Source: Octopus vulgaris
Lineage: Eukaryota
Reading direction: 5' to 3'
Assembly (NCBI GenBank): GCA_951406725.2
Contig: OX597826.1
Location: 63,550,001 to 63,614,000, forward strand
Length of the DNA: 64,000 nt
In this document: positions 42,904 through 55,870 of the stretch, one piece after another
How positions within the stretch are numbered: position 1 is the stretch's first letter
How the letters are laid out: each line of letters begins with the position of its first letter
Notes under the pieces: generated by a model
The model's database searches: none
Seen by the model: the letters and a program-made list of their open reading frames with translations, nothing else
Told to the model about the DNA's origin: nothing
Position numbers and translations under genes: made by a program

Positions 42904-44855
42904 TACATATTTGGCCGATAACTGAACATGTCAACATTTTATATGTGTTTTTACTATGTGTTCTTTTGTCATCTTTCTGTGTATATTTTACTCATGTATA
43001 TCTATAATACATTAAAAGCTAGTTTGAATCTTGCTTGCTTGCTTGCAATGTTACCCAGCCAAACTGGCACACAATGGGAAAATACTTTGAATTAAGTTTA
43101 CTCTGAAATGTTAATATGAACAGAACAAAACAAGTTTCATGTAAATTGGACAAGTAGCTTTACAAATATTAGAGGTTTGTGAGTATAAATACCCAAAACG
43201 GTGCATGATGGGAAAATATTCCGAAAATAATCTTGATCTTGGAAAGGAAGAAACTCTTATCTTCTGATTAAACACAGTAACTTGATTACAAAAAACTACA
43301 GCGTTTTACAGCAAATGTTTCTATTTTTGATTTTGTTAAACACAATATTTTAATCCTTTAGAATTATTTTTGAGTGACTGTGATTTCAAAACTGTAAGTT
43401 GTTTGTACAATAAGTATTTATATTTTAGCTTTCTTTAAACAGAATATTTTAATGTTTTTTTAAATTATTTTCAAGTGAATACCATTACAAAATTTTTTTT
43501 TGCATATTTAAAAAATATTTTAAAGTGAAAATGACTTTAAAAATATGGTAAATATTTCATAAAAGACCCGTTCATAACCTCGGTGTTTTTTTATTTTTAA
43601 GCTATTTTGGAACACAATGAGAGCCATAGAACCAATATGTTTTGTTAGACATCACAAAGGAATCGAGGAAATAGAGGTTTCTACATAACAGAACAGATGA
43701 TTTACTACCACCATCATCACTATGGGAACAAAAACAACAACTGCCGCCACCGCCATCACCACCACTACCAATACTACTATTTACAACACTTATGGGAGCT
43801 GTAAACATTTTGAAAGTAAAAAATTCCAACAGGATGGTCTCCCCAATTTCAATAGGTATAAAAAAATTTTTTTTAGAACACAATGGGCACCACAAACCAA
43901 AGTGTTTGTTAGTTATCACAAAGAAATCATAAAAACCTCTGTTTCTACATAAAAAAAAAAAATAATGGTAATCTACAGCTGCCAATGCAACCAGTTAATG
44001 ATTATATGTTGTGACCATTACATTAGTGCTAGTAAAAAACAGTAATTGGGAAAAATGCTAAACCAATTAACAGAAGGAACTATAATTAGATACATAAGGA
44101 TTAATTAGTTTCTCCACCATGATTCTGTAGCTTAATTTTTATATTAGTCTTTTACAAAGAATGTTCAATCACTGATAATCACTTTAAATGTAAAATGTTA
44201 TCAGCAGAGAAATTCTGCACGGTTTTTTTTTTGGGGGGGGGGGGGGATAGACACTGAGCTTTAAGTGAAAATCCTGAAAGAGAGCAATCATCATTTAACA
44301 TCCATGTTCTATGCGGGTATGGGGTGGACAGTTAGATAGGATCTGCTAGGTCCAAGGACTGCATTATGCGCCAACGTTTGTTTTGGTATGTTTTCTACAG
44401 CTGGATTCCCTTCCTAAAGCCAGCCACTTCACAGCATGTACTGGGTGCTTTTTTTTTTTTGCTTTTTTGGGTCACCATCACTAGCGAGATCACCATTCAG
44501 GTTACAAGGCCACAAACCCTAGGAGGCAACTTCAATCAGGAGTAAACAGGGATAATGTGAGAAAATGGCCAGAACAGAATGAGTTTTTTGCTGTAGAGGA
44601 GCTATATGGCTTTTATTAATTTTTTTATTTGTTTCAGTCATTTGACAGCAGCCATACTGGAGCACTGCTTTTAATCAAGCAAATCGACCCCAGAACTTAT
44701 CCTTTGTAAGCCTAGTACTTATTCTATCGGTCGCTTTTGCTGAACCGCTAAGTTATGGGGACATAAACCAGCATCAGTTGTCAAGCAATGTTGCAGGGAC
44801 AAACACAGACACATAGATACACACACACACCCATGTGAGTGTGTGTTTGTGCGTC

Positions 44856-44909
<54 letters not shown>

Positions 44910-47900
44910 CGATGGATTTCTTTCAGTTTCTGTCTACTAAATCCACTCACAAGGCTTTGGTCAGCCTGAGGGTACAGTAGAAGACACTTGCCCAAGGTGC
45001 CACACAGTTGAAAATACACAGTTGTAATTTCAATATGGAAATCCGGGGAACATTAAAAAAACATTTTTAAAAATGTAGTTGGTAAGCAAGCTATTTACCA
45101 CACAGCCACTCCTGTCAATAGAGTTTTTCTCTATTTTTGTACATTGAGAGGAAGTGGCTACATTTAAACACAAGTACATTGGTAAGTATGAGGGTTAAAT
45201 TTGATAACCACTTGAATTTTGTGTCAGTTTCATATTGAACTTACAAGAAAGATATAATACTTACTGAATTGTTTCGATGATAGTAGGACAACACAGGAAG
45301 ACGGCCCCTGCTTCGGAACTTAGAGCTACCAACAAGAACTGGTGTGGTAGCTGATGCTGGGACGTACAAGAAGCGGGGATAAGTATCACAGATCTGGAAA
45401 ACAAAAACAACATTGACATAAATATTCCAGTGAAAAATTAATTAACCAAACATTGGTATTTTAATGATTAAAAAAGAAAAAGAAAGTGAAGCCCAAAGAT
45501 ATCTTTTATCTTTTAATTGTTTCAGTCATTTGACTGTGGCCATGCTGGGGCACTGTCCTGAATTACTTAATTGAACAAATTGACCCAAATATTATTTTTT
45601 AAGTTTGATATTTATTCTATCAATCACCTTTGCCAAACTACTAATTTATGAGGATGGAAACAAACACCAGTTCTCGAAGGCACACCCACACACACATACA
45701 GGCTTCTACACAGTTTTCCATCTACCAGATTCATCACAAAGCATAGTAGAAGACACTTGCCTAGGATGCTATACCGTGAGACTTGAACCCAAAAGCATAT
45801 GGTTGCAAATAAGCTTCTGACTGAGTGAGTCATACTTGTAATTTCAATACAGAAATCCTGGGAACATCAAAAAAACTAGTTTCCATTGAAGAACACTTAG
45901 AGAATATTGACATAGGGGAAACTGTATCAGTTTTATTAACTGGACTTGTTTGGTTTCAGGCCTATTTGCAACTGTCAGTTTTACCAACGATGGCAAATTG
46001 ATTATTGGTCTTTGTGAAAACCACAGTTGTTTCCCAATCTAATGTAATCAAAACACTAAGTGTTTATTGTCCATGAATTGTTTTCCTATATATATATATA
46101 TATGTTGAAAGAAATCAATCACCAGCTTCTACTGAAACACAATCCATACTTTAAAGAGACAATTAATACATAAAGGCAGCAATCACTCAATATAAAGCGA
46201 TAACAAGTCTTCGTTCAATATTACTGCTCTTATTATCCATGTCATCATTAAGGTGATAAGCAGTTAGAATTGTTACTGCACCAGGCAAAATGCTTAGCGG
46301 CATTTCTTATTTCTTTATTGCCCACAAGGGGCTAAACATAGAGGGGACAAACAAGGACAGACAAAAGGATTAAGTCAATTACATCGACCCCAGTGCGTAA
46401 CTGGTACTTATTTAATCGACCCAGAAAGGATGAAAGGCTAAGTTGATCTCGGCAGAATTTGAACTCAGAATGTAAAGACAGAAGAAATACCTATTTCTTT
46501 ACTACCCACAAGGGGCTAAGCACAGAGGGGACAAACAAGGACAGATAAACGGATTAAGTCAATTACATCGACCCCAGTGCGTAACTGGTACTTATTTAAT
46601 TGACAGCGTAACTGGTACTTATTTAATTGACACAGAAAGGATGAAAGGCTAAGTCGACCTTGGCAGAATTTGAACTCAGAATGTAAAGACAGAAGAAATA
46701 CCACTAAGCATTTCTGCCAGCTCGCCGCCTTCAGAAAATCTTAGTAGCATTTCTTTCACCTGTTTACACTCTAAATTCAAATTCTGCCAAGGTTGACTTT
46801 GCCTTTCATCATTCCTGAATTGATAAAATAAAGTACCAGTTGTGCACTGGGGTCAACGTAGTCGCCTAACCTACACCCTTAATATAGCAAACCTTGTGCC
46901 AATATTTGAAACAATTATCAATGTCATCATTGGTGTCATTGCTTAGTATCAGCTTCTAAATAATGGTCTGCCATATTCCTCCATGATTGCATAAGAGGTT
47001 TGGTTTTATATCTGGATTCCCTTGCTACTTAACACTAAATAACAAAGTAGGAGAGGGGACTATGTTTTTGCAGGAGTTAATCATAAGCTTTGCTTCATGA
47101 TTTGTTCACTTTGTTTAGAACTGCAGTTCACTGGTTTTGCTGAGAGGCACAACACACTGTTGATTGTAAGATCTGATGAACATCTGATTGTAAGATCTGA
47201 TGAACATTAAACTTGCAACCACATTGGTATAGGCTGGACAAACGATGATTAAACAATAGCTTCTTTGGAAAAAAAGAAAACAATCTGCAATAGAGAAGCA
47301 TTCTGTGCAAAGACAGATTTATCGTTCATCCACTTAATGCCATGGAAACCAGAAACAATCACCACTGTTACCATGGATATTTGGGATTCAGAAAATAATT
47401 TGCAGATTAAAAGAGGCTTCAGTTCAGAAATTAGGAGAAGTATGAAGCTATTCCTTAGTCATCATTACTCTTAGGTCTGCTCGAACTTATGTCAAGGGCA
47501 ACAGTTATGGATCAAACAACAGTAAAATGGTTCTACAGCTAAGACATGCATAACTCAGAGAAGAGCTAAACCCTAGCCATGTATCACACATGCCCACCAG
47601 AACATGACCATGCCTTGATGTCAAATAAACCATCATTTTTCCTACCTAAGGATTAAATAAGCCCTGTGCCTCAAAGATAAGCTCAAGAGAGCAGAAAACT
47701 AGCAGAGCAAATCACTCTTGTGTCTTACCCAATGATTACCAATATGCATGACACATGAAGACAGAGAGAAATAGTCAAAATTAACCAATGTGTTCATTTT
47801 TTTTCCTTTAAATCTTTTAGCCTTCAAATTTTTTCTATCAAATGTTGTCATCATAGACGAAAGTGCCAATGGTGTGGATTTGTTTAAGATGGGTCTCAAC

Positions 47901-50900
47901 TTGCCAAGAAGTGACCCACATACCTTCCACATGATCTTCCTCTGTGCCACATATAGAATGATACATGATGGATCCAGTTATGAAACAGCAACAGACTGTT
48001 ACTGATCCAGTTATAGTTTTGAGTGGCATCTTCAGTAGCAAGTCTATCATGTGTAGCCCTCTTCATTTGCTGGTTCTGGCATTGATATCTGTTATAATTA
48101 TAATCTGTTTGTTCCACCATTGGAGTCTTTGGGGGTTGGTTGCACCTATTCTGGGTCCTCATCCTTGACCTCAACACCACGGATAGCCCTACCAGGAGTT
48201 TAGAACTCCCAACAGCATTGCTCTCAGAGTTACTGGTCTACGCACCCCCCCCCCCGTTGCTTTGAATTAATCACACATTGAGGTTTTAATGAGGTAACTG
48301 CTAATTTTTAGAATGATATTGTGGGGTTGGTGTAAGGAGCCAGGTGTGGTCAGTTTGAACATAAACCAAGTCGAATATTTTGGTGGGATATGGCCAGTTT
48401 AAATGCTAATGGGTTAAGGTGGTTGAATTTGATTTGAGGACATCTGGCTGCTATTTCTAACAAATTGAGCAACTGCATAGAGGCTTCTTTGTTGGCTCAT
48501 AACTGACAGCTATTACATTATTACTGAAATTGAAGCTGTCCCTCTTGGATAAATAAACTTGTAATTAGTGGTGGGGGGATATCTATTACAGTTAGTGTAA
48601 CCATCACAACTGTCAATTATAAAGTATTAAACTTCTAATGGGAATTAGAACAGTCAACATATAATTCAGCAATAATTAACCTTCCACGTGCAGGAGGAAG
48701 AAAAAGAGGAGGAGAGTAATGATGATGAGAAAGAAAAGGTAGTGGTGGTAGCAGTGGTGACAGTAGTGGTGGTAGCAGCTGCAGCAGTGGTGATATTTAA
48801 TATTTACACACACACACACACACATGAATATATATCATCATCAATTTTACATTTGTTTCTTCATGCTGGTAAGAGTCAAATGGACTGTCATGGTTGGAGT
48901 CAGCTTTCGTGCCGGTGGCACGTAAAAAGCACCATCCGTTCGTGGCCGTTGCCAGCCCCGCCTGGCCCCCGTGCCGGTGACACATAAAAAGCACCATCCG
49001 ATCGTGGCCATTTGCCAGATTCGTCTGGCACCTGTGCCGGTGGCACGTAAAAAGCACCCACTACACTCATGGAGTGGTTGGCGTTAGGAAGGGCATCCAG
49101 CCGTAGAAACATTGCCAGATCAGACTGGGCCTGGTGCAGCCTTCTGGCTTCCCAGACCCCAGTTACACCGTCCAACCCATGCCAGCATGGAAAGCGGACG
49201 CTAAACGATGATGATGATGATGATGATGATTACTGCTATACTAGATGGGCCATAGAACACGTGCTGCTTATATAATCCATATATTTTTACATGGTTTCTA
49301 CAGATAAATGGACAGATGTTCTGCCTGTCAACAACCACTTTTCAGGATGTAATTTATAATGGCACCAACACTAGAGGGATTGTCGTTCCCCAGCAAGACA
49401 AAAAGTCTGCTCTATACTGTCTTGTTTTCTGTGAATAGTAAAGAGAGTGCTAAAGGATGGTCAGAGTGTGAGGATAACAAAAGACTATCATTTTGGTAAT
49501 AAAGTAATAGCTGTCAGTCATGAGTCAACAAAAAAAAGCCTCAATGCAGTCGATCAATTTGTTAGAAACAGCAACCAGATGTTCTTGTATCTACATCCAT
49601 TCAAGGCCTCACTGTGACACTGGTTTTATTCTAGACAAAAGAATCTTCAAACTGTTATAGTACTGAAAGAACAAAGGTTTTATTGGAAGCAGGACATGGA
49701 AGAGTTTTTCTTTTCTTCTTTTTATTTTTTGATTTTAGAATTGCTGTAGCTGACATGAATGATTTAGGTGTGTGCCAATACGTGGTTAAGAAGTTCACTT
49801 CCCAATCATGTGGTCTTGGGTTCAGTCCCACTGCACAGAACCAGAGGCAAGTGTCTTCTGACATAGCGCCAGGTCAACAAAAACCTTGTTAGTGGATTTA
49901 GTACAAGGAAACTGAAAGAAGCCCATTATATCTGCATGTGTGTGTGTACATATATATCCCTGATTTGACATCATGTGATTATTGTAAATGAGCATCACTG
50001 TCATACAAGCCTTGCTGTCCAGAGAAAGAAAGAGACAGACAGACAGACAGATAGACAGAAGAGAGTGGTGTGAGAAGAAATACTGACTCATGTTTAATTT
50101 TTTTTTTACCTGAAGCAATGAAGGCAATGTGAACTCAGAGCAAATAGGGCCAGAATGAATATCCTAAAGCATTTTATTCATGCTCTAATATGCGTAATAT
50201 ATGTACATAGGTGTGTGTGTGTGCATTACATGCAAACAGAAGAGAGAGACTGTTAGATAATTATGTTGACAGAATGCTAGGCAGATAAAATATGAGTTCA
50301 ATGAAATCAATTATTTGTGCGTGTGCTCACACACATACACTTACATGTGTATGTTTGCATGCATACACATGCACACATGAGAGAGAGGGGGGAAGGGGTT
50401 GACAGTTTTTTTTACTAAATTTTGTTTTTCCCCAGTGAAGAACGTACCAATCAACATAAACCAGTGATTAGTGACATCAGGGTAACAGCTAGATGGATCT
50501 GGACAAGATGATGTACAGAAGGAGAGTATAAAATTTGAAAGATTCCTCAGTTTGGTCAGATGTAGATTCAAAGATGTATTGATGCATATATCATATGTTA
50601 AAGTATAGAAGCCTTACAATAATTACTATAAGACATGTTGAAGGCCACAGACTAAAATTTGTGGAAAGAGAAAGGAGGTCCCAGTCAAGTGGAATGTGAC
50701 AGGATGATGAAAAGTTATAAAAGATAAGAAAACAGGCTTGGAAAAATGGAAGAAAAAGGGAGAGGGAGCTATGGGTTATTTTGATGACTTCTTCATTGTC
50801 GCCAAAACTGATTGGGACAGGGCAGCAATATGTTTTGGCAGGGGTGTGGTGGCAGGAGTGATTTAAATTTTAAAGTAAAATCTTCCATCAAGGTTTTATG

Positions 50901-51990
50901 TTGATTTAAGTTCCGAGTGCCAGTTCAGTATCAACAAAGTTGTTATGTAGAGATCTTCATTGTTAGGTAGCTAGAAGAGAAACTAGATGTCAGGTATAAA
51001 TAGCAAGGGAAGAAGTAGAAATTAAGGGCTCATACATGAGAATTATAGGCATGAGGTATGCAGAGATTGCAAAGCAGTGTGTCTGTATAAATCAGGATAC
51101 TGTGGGTGGAGTATTCATGTAATGATTACAGTGCACTTGCCATTGACATTAATAAGAAGGGGTGGGTTGTGGAAATACTGTTACAAGGGGTTACTGAGTG
51201 AGGAGAATTCATGGTAGAATGAAGAATTGCTTCATGTGAGATCCAACAGAGGAGCAAGTTATTGAAATCAACAGGTATATGATCAAAATGGCCATGAAGG
51301 ACATGAAGTAAGGGAAAGCAACCAGATCATCAGGGTTTGTTCTATCCTTCATCTTTTACTAGTTTCAGTCATTGGACTGTGGCCATGCTGGGGCTCTACC
51401 TTGAAGGGTTTAGTTGAACAAATCAAACCCAGTACTTACTTTTCAAGTCTGGTACTTATCTCAAACAAATTAGCACCATTTGTCAAGTAGTTGTGAGGGA
51501 CAAACACAAATACATATGATGGGCTTCCACACAGTTTCCATCTACCAAATTCACTCACAAGGCACAGGTTGGCATAAGGCTATTGTAGAAGACACTTGCC
51601 TATGGTATCACACAGTGAAACTGAATCTGAAGCTATGTCTTGGCAATGCAATGGAAAATGGAAATAGCTGGTAGAGTATGATATGCACTATTCATTCACA
51701 TATTCAATCAGGTAGTACAGAAAGATGTTATACCCAATGCCCGCCATTGCAGAAAATTCATCAGTCACTACTTCCATTTTCCCAAATAATGTAGCCCATT
51801 CAAATGTAAAATTATGGTGATGGTACACACAAAGCCATTTAATTAATTAATATAAGTGTGCATATACACACATATATGTATAGTGTAACATATATAATAC
51901 ATAATATGTATTATATATAATATATATATAAATGTAATATAAATTATATAATATCACATATAAATATATATATAATTGAGGTAGGGGTTG

Positions 51991-52036
<46 letters not shown>

Positions 52037-52738
52037 ATAAAATGATATATTTACAAATACACAATGTTGGAATGAAATAGGATAATTGATTTGATAGAAA
52101 GGAGATAGACAAGGTGGGCATAGGCACACAAAAATACAACACATGTACACACATGGATATGCACACACACACGTAAACAGAATCACAGAAATACACACAT
52201 AAGCACATACCCATACATTGTGTATAGGAAAGATCAATAGGAATAGAGAATAAACAAAGATAGAGATAGCGATAGAGAGGGGGGAAGAGAGAAGAGGGAT
52301 ATATAAAACAAATGAAAGAGAGAGAGAGAGACTTGTAGCATGTGTATGTGTGTGTAGAAGTGGACAAATAAATATATCTATCATATAGGAAAACTGACAT
52401 TTTTACTGATGCTTGTTTTTCATCTGCACCATTGTCACCACCACCACCACCACCACCACTACCACCATCACCATCATCATCATCATCAGTGTTATAATTA
52501 GTGACAAAAGATGAGTACAGACTTATTGTCTGGAATGGCAAATAGTGAGAGAATGCCACTGCTGTCTTGATTTGATTTTATGAAAATATTTCTGTCCTGT
52601 AACATTATAAGCCATGACAATATAAGTCACACAGTGGGCATGGCGGGGGGTGGTGGGTGAAAACTGGAAAACTCAATACAGAGATGGCTGGATGCTTGAG
52701 GAAGGGAATAGGTAGGATAGATGTGTGTGTGTGTGTGC

Positions 52739-52770
<32 letters not shown>

Positions 52771-53852
52771 GCACACACACAAACACACACACAAACACAC
52801 ACACACAAACATATTTTTATATTTCCCCCATTGTATATTAACTTCTCCAAACCTCTCGCCTAAAGTCATCCTTCTCCCTCCAATTTCACTTTTTAGCTCA
52901 GCAGGGTCTTTGATCTTGCAAGAAACAAGGGGACCTCAGTAATGCTGGTGCTATACTCAGTTGAGTGGATGCTATACTCAGTTGAGTGGTTGGCAAATCA
53001 AGCAGATGCAACACAGTGCCGAGACGACTCTTCAGTTTAGTCATGAGCAAGGCAACATCTATAGTACTGGTGCAACTTAGAAATAGACCCACCACATATT
53101 GTAAAGTGATTGATGTTAGGAAGGGCACCCAGTTGAAGAAACCATACCAAAACTGAGACAGTGTGGCAAAAATGTGGTCCTCTAATGCATCAGATCCTGT
53201 CCAACTGTTCAAATCCTGCCAACAAGGGAAGTGGACATAAGAAAAACTTATGACAATATATACATGTAACATATGGTATAATTATAAACATGGCTGTGTG
53301 GTTAGGGAGCTTGCTTCCTAGCTACATGGTTTCGGGTTCAGTCCCACTGCATGGCACTTTGGGTAGGTCTCTTCCACTATAGCACCGAGCCGACCGGAGC
53401 TTTGTGATTGAATTCGGTAGGTGGAAGTTACTGCCGTGTGTGTATATGTGCGTATAGCTGCTCAGTGCCTCTCCGAAAGAGAGAGAGAGGGCAAATTTTA
53501 GCCATTTCTCCGCAGACTGAAAAAAATGATGAACAATCTTAATCACTTTTCGAATCTTATTGGGTTCTCATCAGAGGCGTCTACATCATTCTGACATACT
53601 CCAGAGAAACAAGCAGCCAAACTGTCTATATACTCTCTTTTTTCTCCTTACTCTTTTACTTGTTTCAGTCATTTGACTGCAGCCATGCTGGAGCACCGCC
53701 TTTAGTCGAGCAAATCAACCCCGAGACTTATTCTTTGTAAGCCCAGTACTTATTCTATCGGCCTCTTTTTGCTGAACCGCTAAGTGACGGGGACGTAAAC
53801 ACACCACCATCGGTTGTCAAGCAATGCTAGGAGGACAAACACAGACACACAA

Positions 53853-53891
<39 letters not shown>

Positions 53892-55182
53892 CGACAGGCT
53901 TCTTTCAGTTTCCGTCTACCAAATCCAGTCACAAGGCATTGGTCGGCCCGGGGCTATAGCAGAAGACACTTGCCCAAGATGCCACGCAGTGGGACTGAAC
54001 CCGGAACCATGTGGCTGGTTAGCAAGCTACTTACCACACAGCCACACCTGCGCCTATATACTCAACATATTTCTATTTAATTGTTTCAGTCAAAGGATTA
54101 CAATTATGTTGGAGAACCACCTTCAAGTATTTTAGCTGACTAAATCAGCTCCAGTGATTCTTTTTTTTTCTCTTGGCAAACCATTAAGTTATGGAGACAG
54201 ATATAAATCAACACAGTAGTGACAGAAAAACACAAATACAAAGATATAAACATCATGTGATTGTGTGTCTGTGTGCATGCATATATACATATATACGTAC
54301 ATATGTACGTACATACATACATATAAATAAATGAAAATGAGTTAAGAGAGGCCAAGAGCATGTGCTTGAACAACAAAGACAACGATGTATTAAATACCAT
54401 TACAAAATCTTTGATGGGTTCTACTTCAAAGCCATTGAAGCGTGGCAGGGCCTTGTATTCTGCTTTGTCTAACTGATTTAGTTCAATGAAGCATATAAAA
54501 AAAGATGTGATATAATGTATTTTTCTTTCTACTTGTTAATGATGCAGACGTGCCTAGGTGCAGGCATGGCTGTGGAGTTAAGATGCTTGCTTCTCAACCA
54601 TGTGGTCTTGAGATCAATCCTGCTGTACAGCACCTTCAGCAAGTGTCTTCTACAACAGCTCATGGGATTCTTGTGAATGGATTTGATAGAAACTGAAAGA
54701 ATCCCATGATGTGTGTGTATTTCACTGTGCTTGTGTGCACCTTTGCATAGAGATCATGTGATTGGTTGCAAATGAGCACGCACCATAGTCATACAAGCAA
54801 GGTTGTTCACCTCCAGTCTTCTGCAGAAAACGTGTCTAGCCAAGGGGAAGTATTACCCAGCTTGGAAACAGGTAAGGGCTGGCAAGAGGAAGAGCATCCC
54901 ACCATTGAAAATCTGCCTCAACAAATTCCGTCTGATGCATGCAAGTATGGAAAAGTGGGCATTAAAACAATGATGACGATGATAGTGGTGGTGGTGTATA
55001 GGCATAGGAGTGGTTGTGTGGTATGTAGCTTGCTTACAAACTACATGGTTCCGGGTTCAGTTCCACTGCGTGGCACCTTGGGCAAGTATCTTCTACTATA
55101 GCCTCGGGCCGACCAAAGCCTTGTGAGTGGATTTGGTAGACGGAAACTGAAAGAAGCCCATCATATATATATATATATATAT

Positions 55183-55228
<46 letters not shown>

Positions 55229-55834
55229 ATATGTTTGTATGTCTGTGTTTGTATGCCTGTGTTTGTCCCCCCAACATCGCTTGACAACTGATGCTGGTGC
55301 GTTTACGTCCCTGTAACTTAGTGGTTCAGTGAAAGAGAATGATAGAATAAGTACTAGGCTTACAAAGAATGAGTCCTGGGGTCAATTTCCTCGACTAAAA
55401 GGCAGTGCTCCAGCATGGCCACAGTCAAATGACTGAAACAAGTAAAAGAGTAAAGAGTATGATATCAGTGTTGTGTTGTACGCATATCTATGGAGAGTCC
55501 ATGGAGAGTATGTCAGACCACTTCAAGACATTCAGCATGATGATTCTGTATGAATTTAAAGTTGGTACAAGTCGGAATATAGTAGGTTGTTTCTACTAGG
55601 GTCAGAGTAACACTTCTGATACCATTGCAGTTATTTCAGTAGTCGTAACCATGCCAACAGCAGCAGAAATAGTATTTGTAGAAGCAAAATTAAACAACAA
55701 CAACAACAAAAGCTGCAATGACATCAACAATAACAGCAGGAACAATATTATGTAACCAATGACAGACAGTCACAATCTCTGCAATAGTGACATTGGTAAC
55801 ATAAATGATACAAGACTGCCAGTAGTAGTAGTAT

Positions 55835-55870
<36 letters not shown>

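Noticed and set aside
43600-43980. Diverged ~100-bp direct repeat (also 12477-12680 and 13285-13460)
   Set aside because: Old local tandem duplications with no sign of function
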